A program made the translations under genes and the position numbers. Under the pieces are notes generated by a model. It was not told where the DNA came from and did not search any database. It worked only from the letters and a program-made list of their open reading frames with translations. 64,000 nt of DNA. It comes from Gemmatimonadota bacterium (GTDB lineage: Bacteria > Gemmatimonadota > Gemmatimonadetes > Longimicrobiales > Gaopeijiaceae). The stretch is from the NCBI GenBank assembly GCA_039589315.1, contig JBDHHQ010000001.1, forward strand, positions 64,001 to 128,000. Direction: 5' to 3'. Below are positions 50,853 to 60,876 of this stretch, piece by piece (position 1 is the stretch's first letter; each line of letters begins with the position of its first letter).

Positions 50853-52397
50853 GTGACACACGACCGCATCCTCATCGTGGACTACGGCTCCCAGTACACA
50901 CAGCTCATTGCCCGGCGCATCCGGGAAGAGCGCGTCTACAGTGAGATCCACCCGCCCACCCGGAGCCTCGCCTGGATCCGGGAGTGGGGGCCCAAGGGGA
51001 TCATCCTCTCCGGAGGGCCGTCCTCCGTATACGGTGACGACGTTCCCCTGGCCGATCCGGAGCTCCTGCGCATGGGGATCCCGGTCTTGGGCATCTGTTA
51101 CGGCATGCAGCTCATCGCCCACCTCGAGGGCGGCGACGTGGTGCACGGAAGACGGGAATACGGTCGGGCCGACCTGACGGTTGCCGACGACTCCGACCTG
51201 TTCGACGGCTTCGGAACGGAGGAGACCACCACCGTGTGGTGCTCCCACGGCGACCACGTGGACAGCCCGCCCCCCGGATACCGGACGCTGGCGTCCACCG
51301 CGACGCTTCCGGTAGCGGCGTTCGGATCCGACGACGGCGCGGTCTACGGGGTCCAGTTCCACCCGGAGGTGGCCCACACGCCCAGGGGCGAGGAGCTGCT
51401 CTCGAACTTCCTGTTCCGGATCTGTGGATGCCGCCCCACCTGGACGGCCGGCGCGTTCATCGAGGAGACGGTCTCGGCCATCCGGGAGAAGGTCGGGGAC
51501 CGCATCGCCATCTGCGGCCTGTCGGGAGGTGTCGACTCGTCGGTGGCCGCGGCCCTCGTTCACCGGGCCCTCGGCGATCGCATGACGTGCATCTTCGTCG
51601 ACCATGGCCTGCTGCGGCAGGGCGAGCGGGAAGGCGTCGAGCGGACGTTCCGGAAGCACATGGGGATCCGGCTGGTCGTGGCCGAGGCGGCCGACGAGTT
51701 CCTCAGGCCCCTGGCTGGCGTGGAGGATCCGGAACGGAAACGCAAGATCATCGGAGAGACGTTCATTCGGGTCTTCGACCGCGTCGCGCGGGAAGAGGGT
51801 ACGGGCGCCGAGTTCCTGGTCCAGGGAACGCTCTACCCGGACGTCATCGAGTCCGTGGCGGTGGGCGGCCCGTCCGCCACGATCAAGACCCATCACAACG
51901 TAGGCGGCCTTCCCGACCAGATGCCCTTCGAGCTCATCGAGCCACTGCGGGAGCTCTTCAAGGACGAAGTGCGTCAGGTGGGACGAGAGTTGGGCCTGCC
52001 CGAGGAATTCGTGGGCCGCCACCCGTTTCCCGGTCCCGGGTTGGCGATCCGGGTGCTGGGCGCGGTGACCGAGGATCAGCTCCGCGTGCTCCGGGACGCA
52101 GACGCCATCTACCTGGAGGAGATCCGGGCTGCGGGCCTGTACGACGAGATCTGGCAGGCCTTCGCGGTGCTGCTGCCGGTCCGGTCCGTCGGTGTGATGG
52201 GCGACGCCCGAACCTACGAGAACGTGATCGCCATTCGGGCGGTGACGTCGCGGGACGGGATGACCGCCGATTGGTACCCCTTTCCCCACGACGTGCTGGC
52301 CCGCATCTCCACCCGGATCATCAACGAGGTGGCCGGCGTGAACCGGGTCACGTACGACATCAGCTCGAAGCCGCCGGCCACCATCGAATGGGAGTGA
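50853..52397 (+). CDS. guaA: GMP synthase (glutamine-hydrolysing)
   Basis: [47 protein letters not shown]. Confidence 0.98.
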   Translation: MTHDRILIVDYGSQYTQLIARRIREERVYSEIHPPTRSLAWIREWGPKGIILSGGPSSVYGDDVPLADPELLRMGIPVLGICYGMQLIAHLEGGDVVHGRREYGRADLTVADDSDLFDGFGTEETTTVWCSHGDHVDSPPPGYRTLASTATLPVAAFGSDDGAVYGVQFHPEVAHTPRGEELLSNFLFRICGCRPTWTAGAFIEETVSAIREKVGDRIAICGLSGGVDSSVAAALVHRALGDRMTCIFVDHGLLRQGEREGVERTFRKHMGIRLVVAEAADEFLRPLAGVEDPERKRKIIGETFIRVFDRVAREEGTGAEFLVQGTLYPDVIESVAVGGPSATIKTHHNVGGLPDQMPFELIEPLRELFKDEVRQVGRELGLPEEFVGRHPFPGPGLAIRVLGAVTEDQLRVLRDADAIYLEEIRAAGLYDEIWQAFAVLLPVRSVGVMGDARTYENVIAIRAVTSRDGMTADWYPFPHDVLARISTRIINEVAGVNRVTYDISSKPPATIEWE

Positions 52398-52409
52398 CCG
52401 AACGCCGAC

Positions 52410-52796
52410 TCAAGAGACGATGGCGTCGGCCTCGATCTCGATGAGCATGTCAGCGTGGATCAGGCGGTTCACCTCTACCATCGTCGTGCACGGAGGATGG
52501 TCGGCGAAGAAGTCGGCATGGGCCCGGCCGAAGGAGTCCCACCGGGAGATGTCGGTGACGAACATGCGGGTGCGCACGACCGACGACATGTCGGCGCCGA
52601 GGTCCGCCAGCGACCGCTGGATGATCTCGAGGCAGCGCCGTGCTTGCACGTAGCCGTCGCCGATGCCCACCACGTCGCCGTCGTCATCTACGGCGGCCGT
52701 CCCGGTGACGAATACACGATCGCCGTGACGCAGCGCGCGGCAGTACGCCACCTGCTTCTCCCAGGGTGCACCGCTGAAGCTTCGCTGGAAGTCCAT
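52410..52796 (-). CDS. RidA/YjgF family protein
   Basis: SGAPWE..VAYCRA, VVRTRMFVTDI, IEIEADA. Confidence 0.9.
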   Translation of the reverse strand: MDFQRSFSGAPWEKQVAYCRALRHGDRVFVTGTAAVDDDGDVVGIGDGYVQARRCLEIIQRSLADLGADMSSVVRTRMFVTDISRWDSFGRAHADFFADHPPCTTMVEVNRLIHADMLIEIEADAIVS

Positions 52797-52970
52797 TCGC
52801 CATCCTCAGACGGTGTGTCGACGTATTGGGTAACGTGGCGCCTCAGAGGTCCCGCAGGCACCGAGAGTGCCGAGGCCTCACGCCAAACGTGCATTGTGAC
52901 GACGCGGGCCACCACGCGCCACCGGCCGTGGACCAGGGCTCGCATCACTGGTTCGGGAGCGTCCCCTGTC

Positions 52971-53597
52971 ATGAAACCTCTCCTGTATGCGGCCATTGCC
53001 CTGTCGTTCTTGCTTCCGGGCGCCCTCCGGGCCCAGATCGCCTGGGAAGCTCCCCTCCTCGTGGCGCCCAACTCGCCGGCCGGCGTGAGCCTGGTGCTGG
53101 CAGAGATGGAGCCCAACGAAGGACTGGCCGGTATGGTGGCCTGGCGCGGTCAATCCGCGCCCGGGGGCGTGGGGCTGCGGGCGGGTCTGGGCGAGGGTGC
53201 GGGCGGCGATCTGGCCGGCTTCGGCGGCGTGGACTTCAGCGGCTGGATCCGGGACGGGGACCCGCAGTTCCCCTTGGACATCGCGTGGGTTGCGGGGGTG
53301 GGGATCGGCGCGGGCAACTGGGTGTTGATCTCGGCGCCGCTGGGGGCGTCGTTCGCCTACGAGGTCAGGGGGGACGACATCTGGTTCAACCCTTACATCA
53401 CGCCCTACCTGGTCGTGGATGCGGCACTGGGCGACAGTCGCCCGTCCAACCGGGACGACGTCGACCTGGGCATCGCGGTGGACATCGGCGCGGATCTGGC
53501 GTTCAGCGCGGGGTGGGCGATCCGGTTCGGCGTCTCGCTCGGGGACCGGCAGGCTCTGGGCGTCGGGCTGCACATCCCCGGCGTGACGCTCCGGTAG
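52971..53597 (+). CDS. Exported protein, probable small outer-membrane beta-barrel
   Basis: Signal peptide (ALRA/Q); Gly/aromatic alternating strands. Confidence 0.65.
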   Translation: MKPLLYAAIALSFLLPGALRAQIAWEAPLLVAPNSPAGVSLVLAEMEPNEGLAGMVAWRGQSAPGGVGLRAGLGEGAGGDLAGFGGVDFSGWIRDGDPQFPLDIAWVAGVGIGAGNWVLISAPLGASFAYEVRGDDIWFNPYITPYLVVDAALGDSRPSNRDDVDLGIAVDIGADLAFSAGWAIRFGVSLGDRQALGVGLHIPGVTLR

Positions 53598-53878
53598 CGG
53601 AAAGCTCGCTTTACAACGGCGGCTCGCCGTCGTCTTCGGAGGCCGCGTCCCGGGCCATGGCCGCGGCCTGGTGCGTGCGGGCTCGGATGTGCCGGCCCCA
53701 CGGCGCGGCATAGAGCCGAAGGGACACCGCCTCCGCCCGCCCCTCGACGTCCCCCTCGAACAGACGGAGCAGAGCAGGGCTCGTTCCTGTTTCGAGCGGG
53801 CGACCTCGTCCGGGGGAGCTCGGGCGCCCCCGCCGAGACCCGACGGGGACGCCCCTCCCCCAGGGGAGGAAGACGGCC

Positions 53879-55105
53879 TCAGTTGGGCGCGTGCACGCCC
53901 TGGCCGCCGTAATTCCGGTCCTTGCCCATCCGCCCTCCGGACGGCGTGGCTACCTCGTTGTTCACCTTGGAGATGAACTGACGGATCGAGCCCGCGAAGG
54001 GCTCGGGGCTGCCGTTCTCGCCCCACGCGTCCGTATACCAGACTTCCGGCCCCTCTTCGTTGCGGATCCGGATGGAATTGATGTCCACGTCCCTGTGGGC
54101 CCCGTTGAAGGGCGACGTCGGGTCGTTCCACGCGGGGGTCGCACCGGCGACGTGCTCGCACAGTCCGCCCTCGGCCTGGAACCCGGAGCTCGTGACCTCG
54201 CTGCACAGATCGACGGTGTTGCCGAGCAGGTTGGGCGAGTCGGGATCGTGATAGCGAGACGGGTTGAACACGTTGAAGTAGGGCCCGAGGCTCGCCAGGC
54301 TCCGGCCACTGCCCGAACGGATGCTCTCCGAGAACTGCCAGCTCTCCCTCAGGCGGCCGAAGTTCGAGCGCTCGCCGGGCGGCCTCAGGATGTGCCGCTC
54401 CATACACGTGCGGTCGGGCACGAGGCGCTTGCCGCCTCCCGACCGACCCCCGCGCTCGGGATCCACCACCACGTGGACGTCGCTCTCGCAGGAGCGGACG
54501 AACTCACCCGGATGCCCCACGTTGGTGAGGAACTGCAGGTGGATCTCCGATCCATCCGTGCAGCGGGCGTGGTAGGCCAGCTCGTGCTGCGGCTGCACGA
54601 ACCGGCCGCTGCCTGCCGTGCCCTGATGGAGCTCCACCATGATGTCACACGAGATGGAGAACAGCGCGTTCCCCACGTCTCCGGGTCCCACGCTCATGGG
54701 CACGTCGTTCTCCCACTCCACCTTGAAGCCGGGGTGGGGAGCGAAGAAATCGGCGGCTTCGTTGGCCAGCCCGAAGGGGACGAAGCCCACATCCTCGAAC
54801 AGGTCGGACCCGCGAGGGTCGCGCCCGTGCTCGTGTCCGAACGTGCAGCCCGTGTCCTCGTCCACCGGTGGATGCCAGGTCGGATAGAGCTTCCCGTCGG
54901 AGCCGACCACGGCGTACTCGTCGTGGATCTGCCTGGTGCAAGTGTCCACCTCGCTTGGCTCCCACGCCGAGAACGCCCGGCTGACGCCGGACGGGGCCAT
55001 CTCGGGCGCGGCGAACCCGTCCGTTCCCTCACAGGCCACCAAAGCGGCCAGCAGGAACGGGATCGCTGCGGCCATCCGGCCGCCCTCTGGTGTCGAAGCT
55101 GTCAT
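53879..55105 (-). CDS. Hypothetical His/Cys-rich lipoprotein
   Basis: Lipobox LVAC; YPTWHPP...CTFGHEHGRDP; eight further Cys; start 55075 or 55105. Confidence 0.75.
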   Translation of the reverse strand: MTASTPEGGRMAAAIPFLLAALVACEGTDGFAAPEMAPSGVSRAFSAWEPSEVDTCTRQIHDEYAVVGSDGKLYPTWHPPVDEDTGCTFGHEHGRDPRGSDLFEDVGFVPFGLANEAADFFAPHPGFKVEWENDVPMSVGPGDVGNALFSISCDIMVELHQGTAGSGRFVQPQHELAYHARCTDGSEIHLQFLTNVGHPGEFVRSCESDVHVVVDPERGGRSGGGKRLVPDRTCMERHILRPPGERSNFGRLRESWQFSESIRSGSGRSLASLGPYFNVFNPSRYHDPDSPNLLGNTVDLCSEVTSSGFQAEGGLCEHVAGATPAWNDPTSPFNGAHRDVDINSIRIRNEEGPEVWYTDAWGENGSPEPFAGSIRQFISKVNNEVATPSGGRMGKDRNYGGQGVHAPN

Positions 55106-55158
55106 CTGTCCTCCTAGTGGGCCGGTCGCCCCTGTCGCAGACCGTCGCCGTTGCAGGT

Positions 55159-55638
55159 TCATCGGTCGGGAGCCCCGGAAAGAACCCATGCCCGGACCGA
55201 ATCGATCTGGGCTGGGGTGAGCTGTCCGCCCAGCGGCATCTGGGTGCCGATCCCTCCGACCGCCCCGGCCAGCCCCTGGAGCTTCAGCAGCAGGTAGCTG
55301 GAGTCGGGCCGAGACGGGTCTATGCGGTACAGCGACGGTACCTGGACGGAGGCCACGCGGACGGTGTTGCTGTGGAGCGCTCCGGCGCTCAGGTCCAGTC
55401 CTTCCTTGGGCGCGGCGCCGGCGTGACAGCCGGAGAACGCGCAGCTCCGCGTGAAGACGGACTGGACGGCCTCGAAAGCGGTCAGGGACACATCCGGGTC
55501 GGGATCCGGGGGGTCGGCGGGTGCTGCGGGCCCCTCGCCGCCGCAGGAGGCCAGCACGGACGCCGCCGCCAGGGCCGCGGTCGCCACGTAGGTCCCGCGC
55601 AACACTCCCCGAAACCTCGGCAAGAACTTCTGGATCAT
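55159..55638 (-). CDS. Cytochrome c-like lipoprotein with CX4CH motif
   Basis: Lipobox LASC; CAFSGCH; P..SYLL.KL, QMP (candidate distal Met), LT..QI..V.AWV..GA. Confidence 0.75.
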   Translation of the reverse strand: MIQKFLPRFRGVLRGTYVATAALAAASVLASCGGEGPAAPADPPDPDPDVSLTAFEAVQSVFTRSCAFSGCHAGAAPKEGLDLSAGALHSNTVRVASVQVPSLYRIDPSRPDSSYLLLKLQGLAGAVGGIGTQMPLGGQLTPAQIDSVRAWVLSGAPDR

Positions 55639-55663
55639 GGGAAAAAGAGTACGCCGGATGAGG

Positions 55664-56251
55664 TCAGTGGAACGTGATGCCCAGGCCCAGGTGGATCAGG
55701 GTCACGCCGGCTCCACCGGTGATGGCCCGATCGCCCGTGCTCAGCGTGCCGAACGACGTCGCGAGCAGGTCCAGGAAGGGGGTGAGGGCGTAGCCCGTGC
55801 CCAGGCCGATCTCGTATCCGGCACCGACCTGTAGCCCGAAGCTGGTGGTGCTGACCTCGGTCCCCTCCTGGTCCTGTGCCGAGAAGAACGAGATGCTGGG
55901 GCCGGCTTTCAAGACCAGACCGCCGCCCGGGCTCGGGTAGAAGTACGCCGCAGGCGTAACCGCGCCAATGTACTGGTCGACCTCGTCAAATTGCGCCCAG
56001 GCAGACACTTCCACGCCCAGAAGGACCGTGGGGCCGAGGGTCATGCCGCCTCTGAGGTGTGCGGCCGTGCCGCCCCGCCGGTCGCGCGCGCAGATGTCGC
56101 ACGAGAGGCTCGAAGATCCCATGCCGACGCCCAGCCCGAACCAGGCGCCGGATCGGTCCGCACGCGAATCACCGAAGTCTTGCGCCGCCACGTCGGTGGG
56201 CGCCACCAGCAGGCACAGCATCATGAGAGACGGGGTCACGCAGTGTCGCAT
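55664..56251 (-). CDS. Outer-membrane beta-barrel protein
   Basis: Signal peptide, amphipathic strands, C-terminal LGLGITFH; CDIC motif near N-terminus. Confidence 0.75.
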   Translation of the reverse strand: MRHCVTPSLMMLCLLVAPTDVAAQDFGDSRADRSGAWFGLGVGMGSSSLSCDICARDRRGGTAAHLRGGMTLGPTVLLGVEVSAWAQFDEVDQYIGAVTPAAYFYPSPGGGLVLKAGPSISFFSAQDQEGTEVSTTSFGLQVGAGYEIGLGTGYALTPFLDLLATSFGTLSTGDRAITGGAGVTLIHLGLGITFH

Positions 56252-56314
56252 CTCGCCTTCTCCCGGGTCGTTCCCGTCAGGGCCGCCCCGGCGGACGGGT
56301 CCACCCGTCCCTCC

Positions 56315-56330
56315 TGTAGCGGCCGCTACA
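56315..56330. promoter_or_regulatory. Candidate operator, perfect 16-bp palindrome
   Basis: TGTAGCGGCCGCTACA, about 64 nt upstream of the 56251 start. Confidence 0.5.
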
Positions 56331-56398
56331 CACCCCTGGATGTGCAGGTTTCGGACCCGGGGCGGGCCAATCCGGAAGGGCCGAGGCGGAAGGTGGGA

Positions 56399-56432
56399 GC
56401 CCGCCCTGTCCTCGTGGGGGGACAGGGCGGGC
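56399..56432 (-). terminator. Strong hairpin downstream of the OPT-DUF4296 genes
   Basis: GCCCGCCCTGTCC/GGACAGGGCGGGC 13-bp stem; no clear U tract. Confidence 0.5.
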
Positions 56433-56495
56433 GGGTGGTGCCCTCAGAGGTCCGGTGGCCACGGCACCGTGGCACCGGAACGGCCGTAGCCCGGA

Positions 56496-56876
56496 CTAGT
56501 CGTTGACCGAGTCTGCCGGCGGGTCCGGGAGGGCCACCCGCAAGTCGTCGATCTTGCCCTCGATGGAATCCCAGACACCGTGCATGAACTGAGCGTTCCT
56601 GCCGTGGACCTCGACGAACTCCAGCAGGTCGTTCTCGGTGACGTCATGCTCGGCCAGGATCCGGTCGCGCTCGTCCGTGGGAAGCTGGTCGGTGCCCGCC
56701 TCGAGCGCCGCCATGCGGAGGGCCACGTACACCTCGATGAAGCGGCCCTCGTCGATGGCGGCCTGGTCCGCTTCGCCGAAGTCCCCGCAAGCGACCGGGA
56801 CCAGGACGCCGGCGACCAGGACGGCCAGCACCGGGAGGACGCGCAGCGTCCCCCCGAGGTGCTTCCCCGTCTCCAT
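56496..56876 (-). CDS. DUF4296-like small lipoprotein
   Basis: Lipobox VAC; ILAEHDVTENDLLEF...VWDSI pattern; start overlaps OPT stop (TGATG). Confidence 0.65.
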   Translation of the reverse strand: METGKHLGGTLRVLPVLAVLVAGVLVPVACGDFGEADQAAIDEGRFIEVYVALRMAALEAGTDQLPTDERDRILAEHDVTENDLLEFVEVHGRNAQFMHGVWDSIEGKIDDLRVALPDPPADSVND

Positions 56877-58897
56877 CAGGTGTCCGACAGGTGTCGGTTC
56901 GCCGCGGTCCACACGAGCCAACACAGCGCGACGAACACGATCGTTCCGATGAGGGCCGAGGAGCCCGGGAACAGCCCTTCGGACCACTCGTGCCCGAGAA
57001 CCCAGGCATCGGCGGCCGCGGGGTCCCCGGTGAACCGGGTCACACCGTAGATCAGACCGCCGATCAGCACGCCCACGAGTGCCGCCCCCGCGATGAGCCC
57101 GGAGGCGAAGAGCACGCCTTGCTCTCGCTTCTCTGCGTACTCCTCGGTGACCTGCGAGCCTTCGACCTCCTTGACGCCGTACTTCCGGCTCAGCCCCAAC
57201 CTCATGAGCCCGCCCACGAAGATAGGAGTCATGAGGGAGACCGGCAGATACACACCGACGGCGAACGCCAGGGACGGCAGCTTGAATACGAACTCGACGA
57301 CGCCCGCGATGATCATCCCCAGGATCACGAAGCCCCAGGGGAGGCTGTTTTCGAGGACTCCGTCGATCACGAGGCTCATGAGCGTGGCCTGGGGAGCCGC
57401 GAGCCCGTCAGCGGTGCCGATGCCATAGGACTCGTTCAGAACGACCAGCACGCCACCCATCACCGCGGCGCTGGCCATGACGCCGATCATCTCTCCCCAC
57501 TGCTGGCGCTTCGGCGTTGCGCCGACCAGGAAGCCGGTCTTGAGGTCCTGGGAGGTGTCACCGGCGATAGCGGCCGAGATGCACACGACCGCACCTACGG
57601 CCAAGACTGCGACCTTCGACGCCACGCTGCCGTCGTTGAGCCCCAGGGCGACCCAGATGAGGGACGTGAGGATGAGCGCCGCGATCGTCATGCCCGAGAC
57701 CGGATTCGAAGAGGATCCGATGAGCCCCACGATCCGGCTCGAGACCGTCACGAAGAAGAAGCTGAAGACGATGATGAGCAGCGCGCCGAGGATGTTGACC
57801 GGTACGCCCGGCCACAGCCAGAGCGCCACGGCCATCAGCGCGGCCAGGCCCAGGACGAGCGTCATGGGCAGGTCTTGCTGCGTGCGAGGCACCGAGCCGG
57901 GGCCGGCCAGGTCGAGCTGCTTCACGCCCAGCTTGAAGCTCTCGACGATGGTGGGCAGGGACTTGAGCAGGGTCACGATCCCCGCGAAGCCCACCGCCCC
58001 GGCGCCCACGTAGCGGATGTAGTGGTTCCAGATCTCGGCGGACGCCAGCTCCGCCATCGGTGCAGTGGCCGGGTACACCACGTCGCTTCCACCCCAGATG
58101 TTGATGGCCGGGATCAGGATGAGCCAAGCCAGCGCGCTTCCGCCGAACATGATGGCCGCGATCTTGGGCCCGATGATGAAGCCTACGCCCAGGAGCTCAG
58201 GCGTGAAGTCTCCACCGATCTCGGCCTTCTTCGGCAAGGGGAACGCCGGGGACTCGTTCCACAGCGACAACCCGCGACTGTTGGCCAGGGCCTGATACAG
58301 GGCCCCCACGCCGAGCCCGGCAAACAGCAATCGGGCCTTGCTCCCGCCCACGTCGCCCGCCACTTGCACCTCAGCGCACGCCGTGCCCTCCGGATAGGGG
58401 AGCTTTCCGTGCTCACGGGAGATGAGGTAGGACCGGAGCGGGATCATGAAGAGAACGCCGAGCATCCCGCCGAAGAGCGCGATCACGCTGATCTGCAGCA
58501 GATCCACGACGATCGTCGGATCGGCCCGCTGCCAGATGAACAGCGCCGGCAGCGTGAAGATCACGCCGGCCGCCACGGACTCCCCCGCGGACCCCACCGT
58601 CTGGACCATGTTGGCCTCGAGGATGGTGCCCCGGTTGAAGAGACGGAATGCGGCCACGGCCATGACGGCCGCCGGAATGGAGGCGCTGACCGTCAGCCCG
58701 ACACGGAGGCCCAGATAGGCGTTGGCGGCACCGAACACGACAGCCAGCACGATGCCGATGAGCACCGCCTTGAGGGTGAACTCCGCCATGTCCGTCTCGG
58801 CAGGCACGTACGGCGGATATTGGTCTCCAGGGATAACCTCGTAGGCCTCGGGCGGGAGGCCCTTCCGAGTGGTCTCGGTCGGCGTCGTGGTGGCCAT
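56876..58897 (-). CDS. OPT family oligopeptide/metal-chelate transporter
   Basis: NAYLGLRVGLTVSASIPAAV, YPEGTACAEV, SSSNPVSGMTI, QDLKTGFLVGATP, APQATLM. Confidence 0.95.
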   Translation of the reverse strand: MATTTPTETTRKGLPPEAYEVIPGDQYPPYVPAETDMAEFTLKAVLIGIVLAVVFGAANAYLGLRVGLTVSASIPAAVMAVAAFRLFNRGTILEANMVQTVGSAGESVAAGVIFTLPALFIWQRADPTIVVDLLQISVIALFGGMLGVLFMIPLRSYLISREHGKLPYPEGTACAEVQVAGDVGGSKARLLFAGLGVGALYQALANSRGLSLWNESPAFPLPKKAEIGGDFTPELLGVGFIIGPKIAAIMFGGSALAWLILIPAINIWGGSDVVYPATAPMAELASAEIWNHYIRYVGAGAVGFAGIVTLLKSLPTIVESFKLGVKQLDLAGPGSVPRTQQDLPMTLVLGLAALMAVALWLWPGVPVNILGALLIIVFSFFFVTVSSRIVGLIGSSSNPVSGMTIAALILTSLIWVALGLNDGSVASKVAVLAVGAVVCISAAIAGDTSQDLKTGFLVGATPKRQQWGEMIGVMASAAVMGGVLVVLNESYGIGTADGLAAPQATLMSLVIDGVLENSLPWGFVILGMIIAGVVEFVFKLPSLAFAVGVYLPVSLMTPIFVGGLMRLGLSRKYGVKEVEGSQVTEEYAEKREQGVLFASGLIAGAALVGVLIGGLIYGVTRFTGDPAAADAWVLGHEWSEGLFPGSSALIGTIVFVALCWLVWTAANRHLSDT

Positions 58898-59150
58898 GGG
58901 TCCCTTCGGCTGTGGTGATGGAATCGGGCAAGGTGGATTCGCGTCGAAGACGTTGTCAAGCGGAGCCGGGCCCTCGTCGCGCTGCCGATCCCCGTCACCA
59001 TCGTGCGACGGGCGCCGAGGGCACCGCACCCGACAATCCCCCTCTTCCATCCAGGGTCCGAAGGCATCATAGTTGGGGGCCCACCCCCCAAAACGTGGTC
59101 GAGCGAGACCGGACCCCTCGGGGTCCGGCGTCCAGCAAAAGGAGCGACGC

Positions 59151-59408
59151 ATGCAGCTTCTCTGGTTCCTGATCATCGGGTTCATCGCCGGATGGCTCGC
59201 GGCCCAGGTCATCAAAGGCAGGGACTTCGGCGCCTTCGGAAACACGGCCCTGGGGGTGGTCGGCGCCTACCTCGGCAACTGGGTGTTCGGTCTGCTGGGC
59301 TTTCGGTTCGGGGGCACGCTCGGCACGCTGATGGCGGCTTTCGCGGGTGCCGTCCTCCTTCTCCTCGTCCTCGGCCTGTTCGGGAAGAACGAGAGCGAGG
59401 AGGACTGA
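59151..59408 (+). CDS. GlsB/YeaQ/YmgE family membrane protein
   Basis: LIIGFIAGWLA, GVVGAYLG, AFAGAVLLL; AGGAG RBS. Confidence 0.9.
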   Translation: MQLLWFLIIGFIAGWLAAQVIKGRDFGAFGNTALGVVGAYLGNWVFGLLGFRFGGTLGTLMAAFAGAVLLLLVLGLFGKNESEED

Positions 59409-59427
59409 GCGAGGCGTGGGGAGAGCG

Positions 59428-60876
59428 ATGGCCGGCGCACGCGACCGCATGAGGCGCCTGACGACACTGACCGCCCTCGCCATCGTGGGCTGTGCCGTCA
59501 ATCCAGCCACCGGTGCCCGGGAGCTCTCGCTGGTCAGCGAGTCGCAGGAGATCGCCATGGGCCAGCAGGAGGATCCCAAGGCGGCCGCCTTCTTCGGCAT
59601 CTACCCGGACGAGGCGCTCCAGAAGTATGTGAGCGACCTGGGGCTGGAGATGGCGGCGCTGTCGGAACGGCCGCAGCTACCGTGGACCTTCCGCTTAGCG
59701 GACGACCCGGCCGTCAACGCGTTCGCGATCCCGGGCGGCTTTATCTACGTGACCCGCGGCATCATGGTCAGCCTCAACTCGGAGGCCGAGCTCGCGGGCG
59801 TCCTGGGCCACGAGGTCGGGCACATCACCGCCCGTCATTCGGCCAACCAGATGAGCCGCCAGCAGCTCCAGCAGATCGGTCTGGTGGCAGGCATGGTCCT
59901 GTCGGAGCACGTTCGGCAGTACGGGGGCGTTTTGGCCCAGGGCCTGGCCGTCCTGAACCTGAGCTACAGCCGGGGCGACGAGTCCCAGGCCGACGAGTTG
60001 GGTGTCCGGTACATGACCCGGTCGGGGCACGACGCCAGGGAGCTCATGGACGTCATGCAGACGCTGGCGCTGGTGTCCGGCGGCGCCAGCGAGCGTGTGC
60101 CGGAGTGGCAGTTGACGCATCCGTATCCGGAGAACCGTGAGGCGAACCTCCAGGCCCTCATCGCCGAGTCGGGCGTCGACTACTCGGGATCCACGGTCGA
60201 CCGTGACCCGTACCTCCGTCGGCTGGAGGGACTCGTGTTCGGCACCAACCCCCGGGAGGGGTTCTTCAAGGAAAGCAGGTTTCACCACCCGGATCTCGCC
60301 TTCCGCCTGGACTTCCCGGACGGTTGGCGTGGGGTCAACCAGAAGACCGTGGTGGGGAGCGTCAGCCCGCAGGAGGACGCCTTGATCGCCCTCAGCGTGG
60401 CACAGGACGCCACCAGTCCCACGGCTGCACTGACCGAGTTCCGGGCTCAGGAGGGCGTGGAGAGCCGGAACGCCCGGGAGATCCGATTCAACGGCCTTCC
60501 GGCCGCCATGGCCGAGTTCGCCGCCAGCACGGACGGCGGCGTGCTCCAGGGCTACGTCGCGTACGTGGCCCATGGCGAGCTCGTCTACCAGCTCCTCGGC
60601 TACTCCGCCCAGGCGAGTTGGTCCCGGCACGCCGAGACCGTCCAGGCGAGCTTCGAGAGCTTTCAGGAGGAGCGGGACCGGGCGGTGCTGAACGTCCAGC
60701 CGGCGCGGGTCGAGATCGTCGAGGCGCCGCGCCGCATGACCTTCGCCGAGTTCCTGACGGCCTACCCGTCCACCGTGGACGATGCGGAGATCAGCCGGAT
60801 CAACCGGCTTCAGCCCGAGGAGGCCGTGGCCGCCGGGACGCTGCTGAAGCGGGTGAGAGGAGGGGAGCTGCCGTAG
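59428..60876 (+). CDS. M48 family metalloprotease lipoprotein (BepA-like N-terminal domain)
   Basis: Lipobox IVGC-AVNPATG, NAFAIPGG, HEVGH, ESQAD, THP; start 59428 or 59449. Confidence 0.9.
   Translation: MAGARDRMRRLTTLTALAIVGCAVNPATGARELSLVSESQEIAMGQQEDPKAAAFFGIYPDEALQKYVSDLGLEMAALSERPQLPWTFRLADDPAVNAFAIPGGFIYVTRGIMVSLNSEAELAGVLGHEVGHITARHSANQMSRQQLQQIGLVAGMVLSEHVRQYGGVLAQGLAVLNLSYSRGDESQADELGVRYMTRSGHDARELMDVMQTLALVSGGASERVPEWQLTHPYPENREANLQALIAESGVDYSGSTVDRDPYLRRLEGLVFGTNPREGFFKESRFHHPDLAFRLDFPDGWRGVNQKTVVGSVSPQEDALIALSVAQDATSPTAALTEFRAQEGVESRNAREIRFNGLPAAMAEFAASTDGGVLQGYVAYVAHGELVYQLLGYSAQASWSRHAETVQASFESFQEERDRAVLNVQPARVEIVEAPRRMTFAEFLTAYPSTVDDAEISRINRLQPEEAVAAGTLLKRVRGGELP

Noticed and set aside
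53610..53830. Stop-free minus-strand frame ending ...EDDGEPPL between convergent genes
   Set aside because: No convincing start, RBS or recognisable motif
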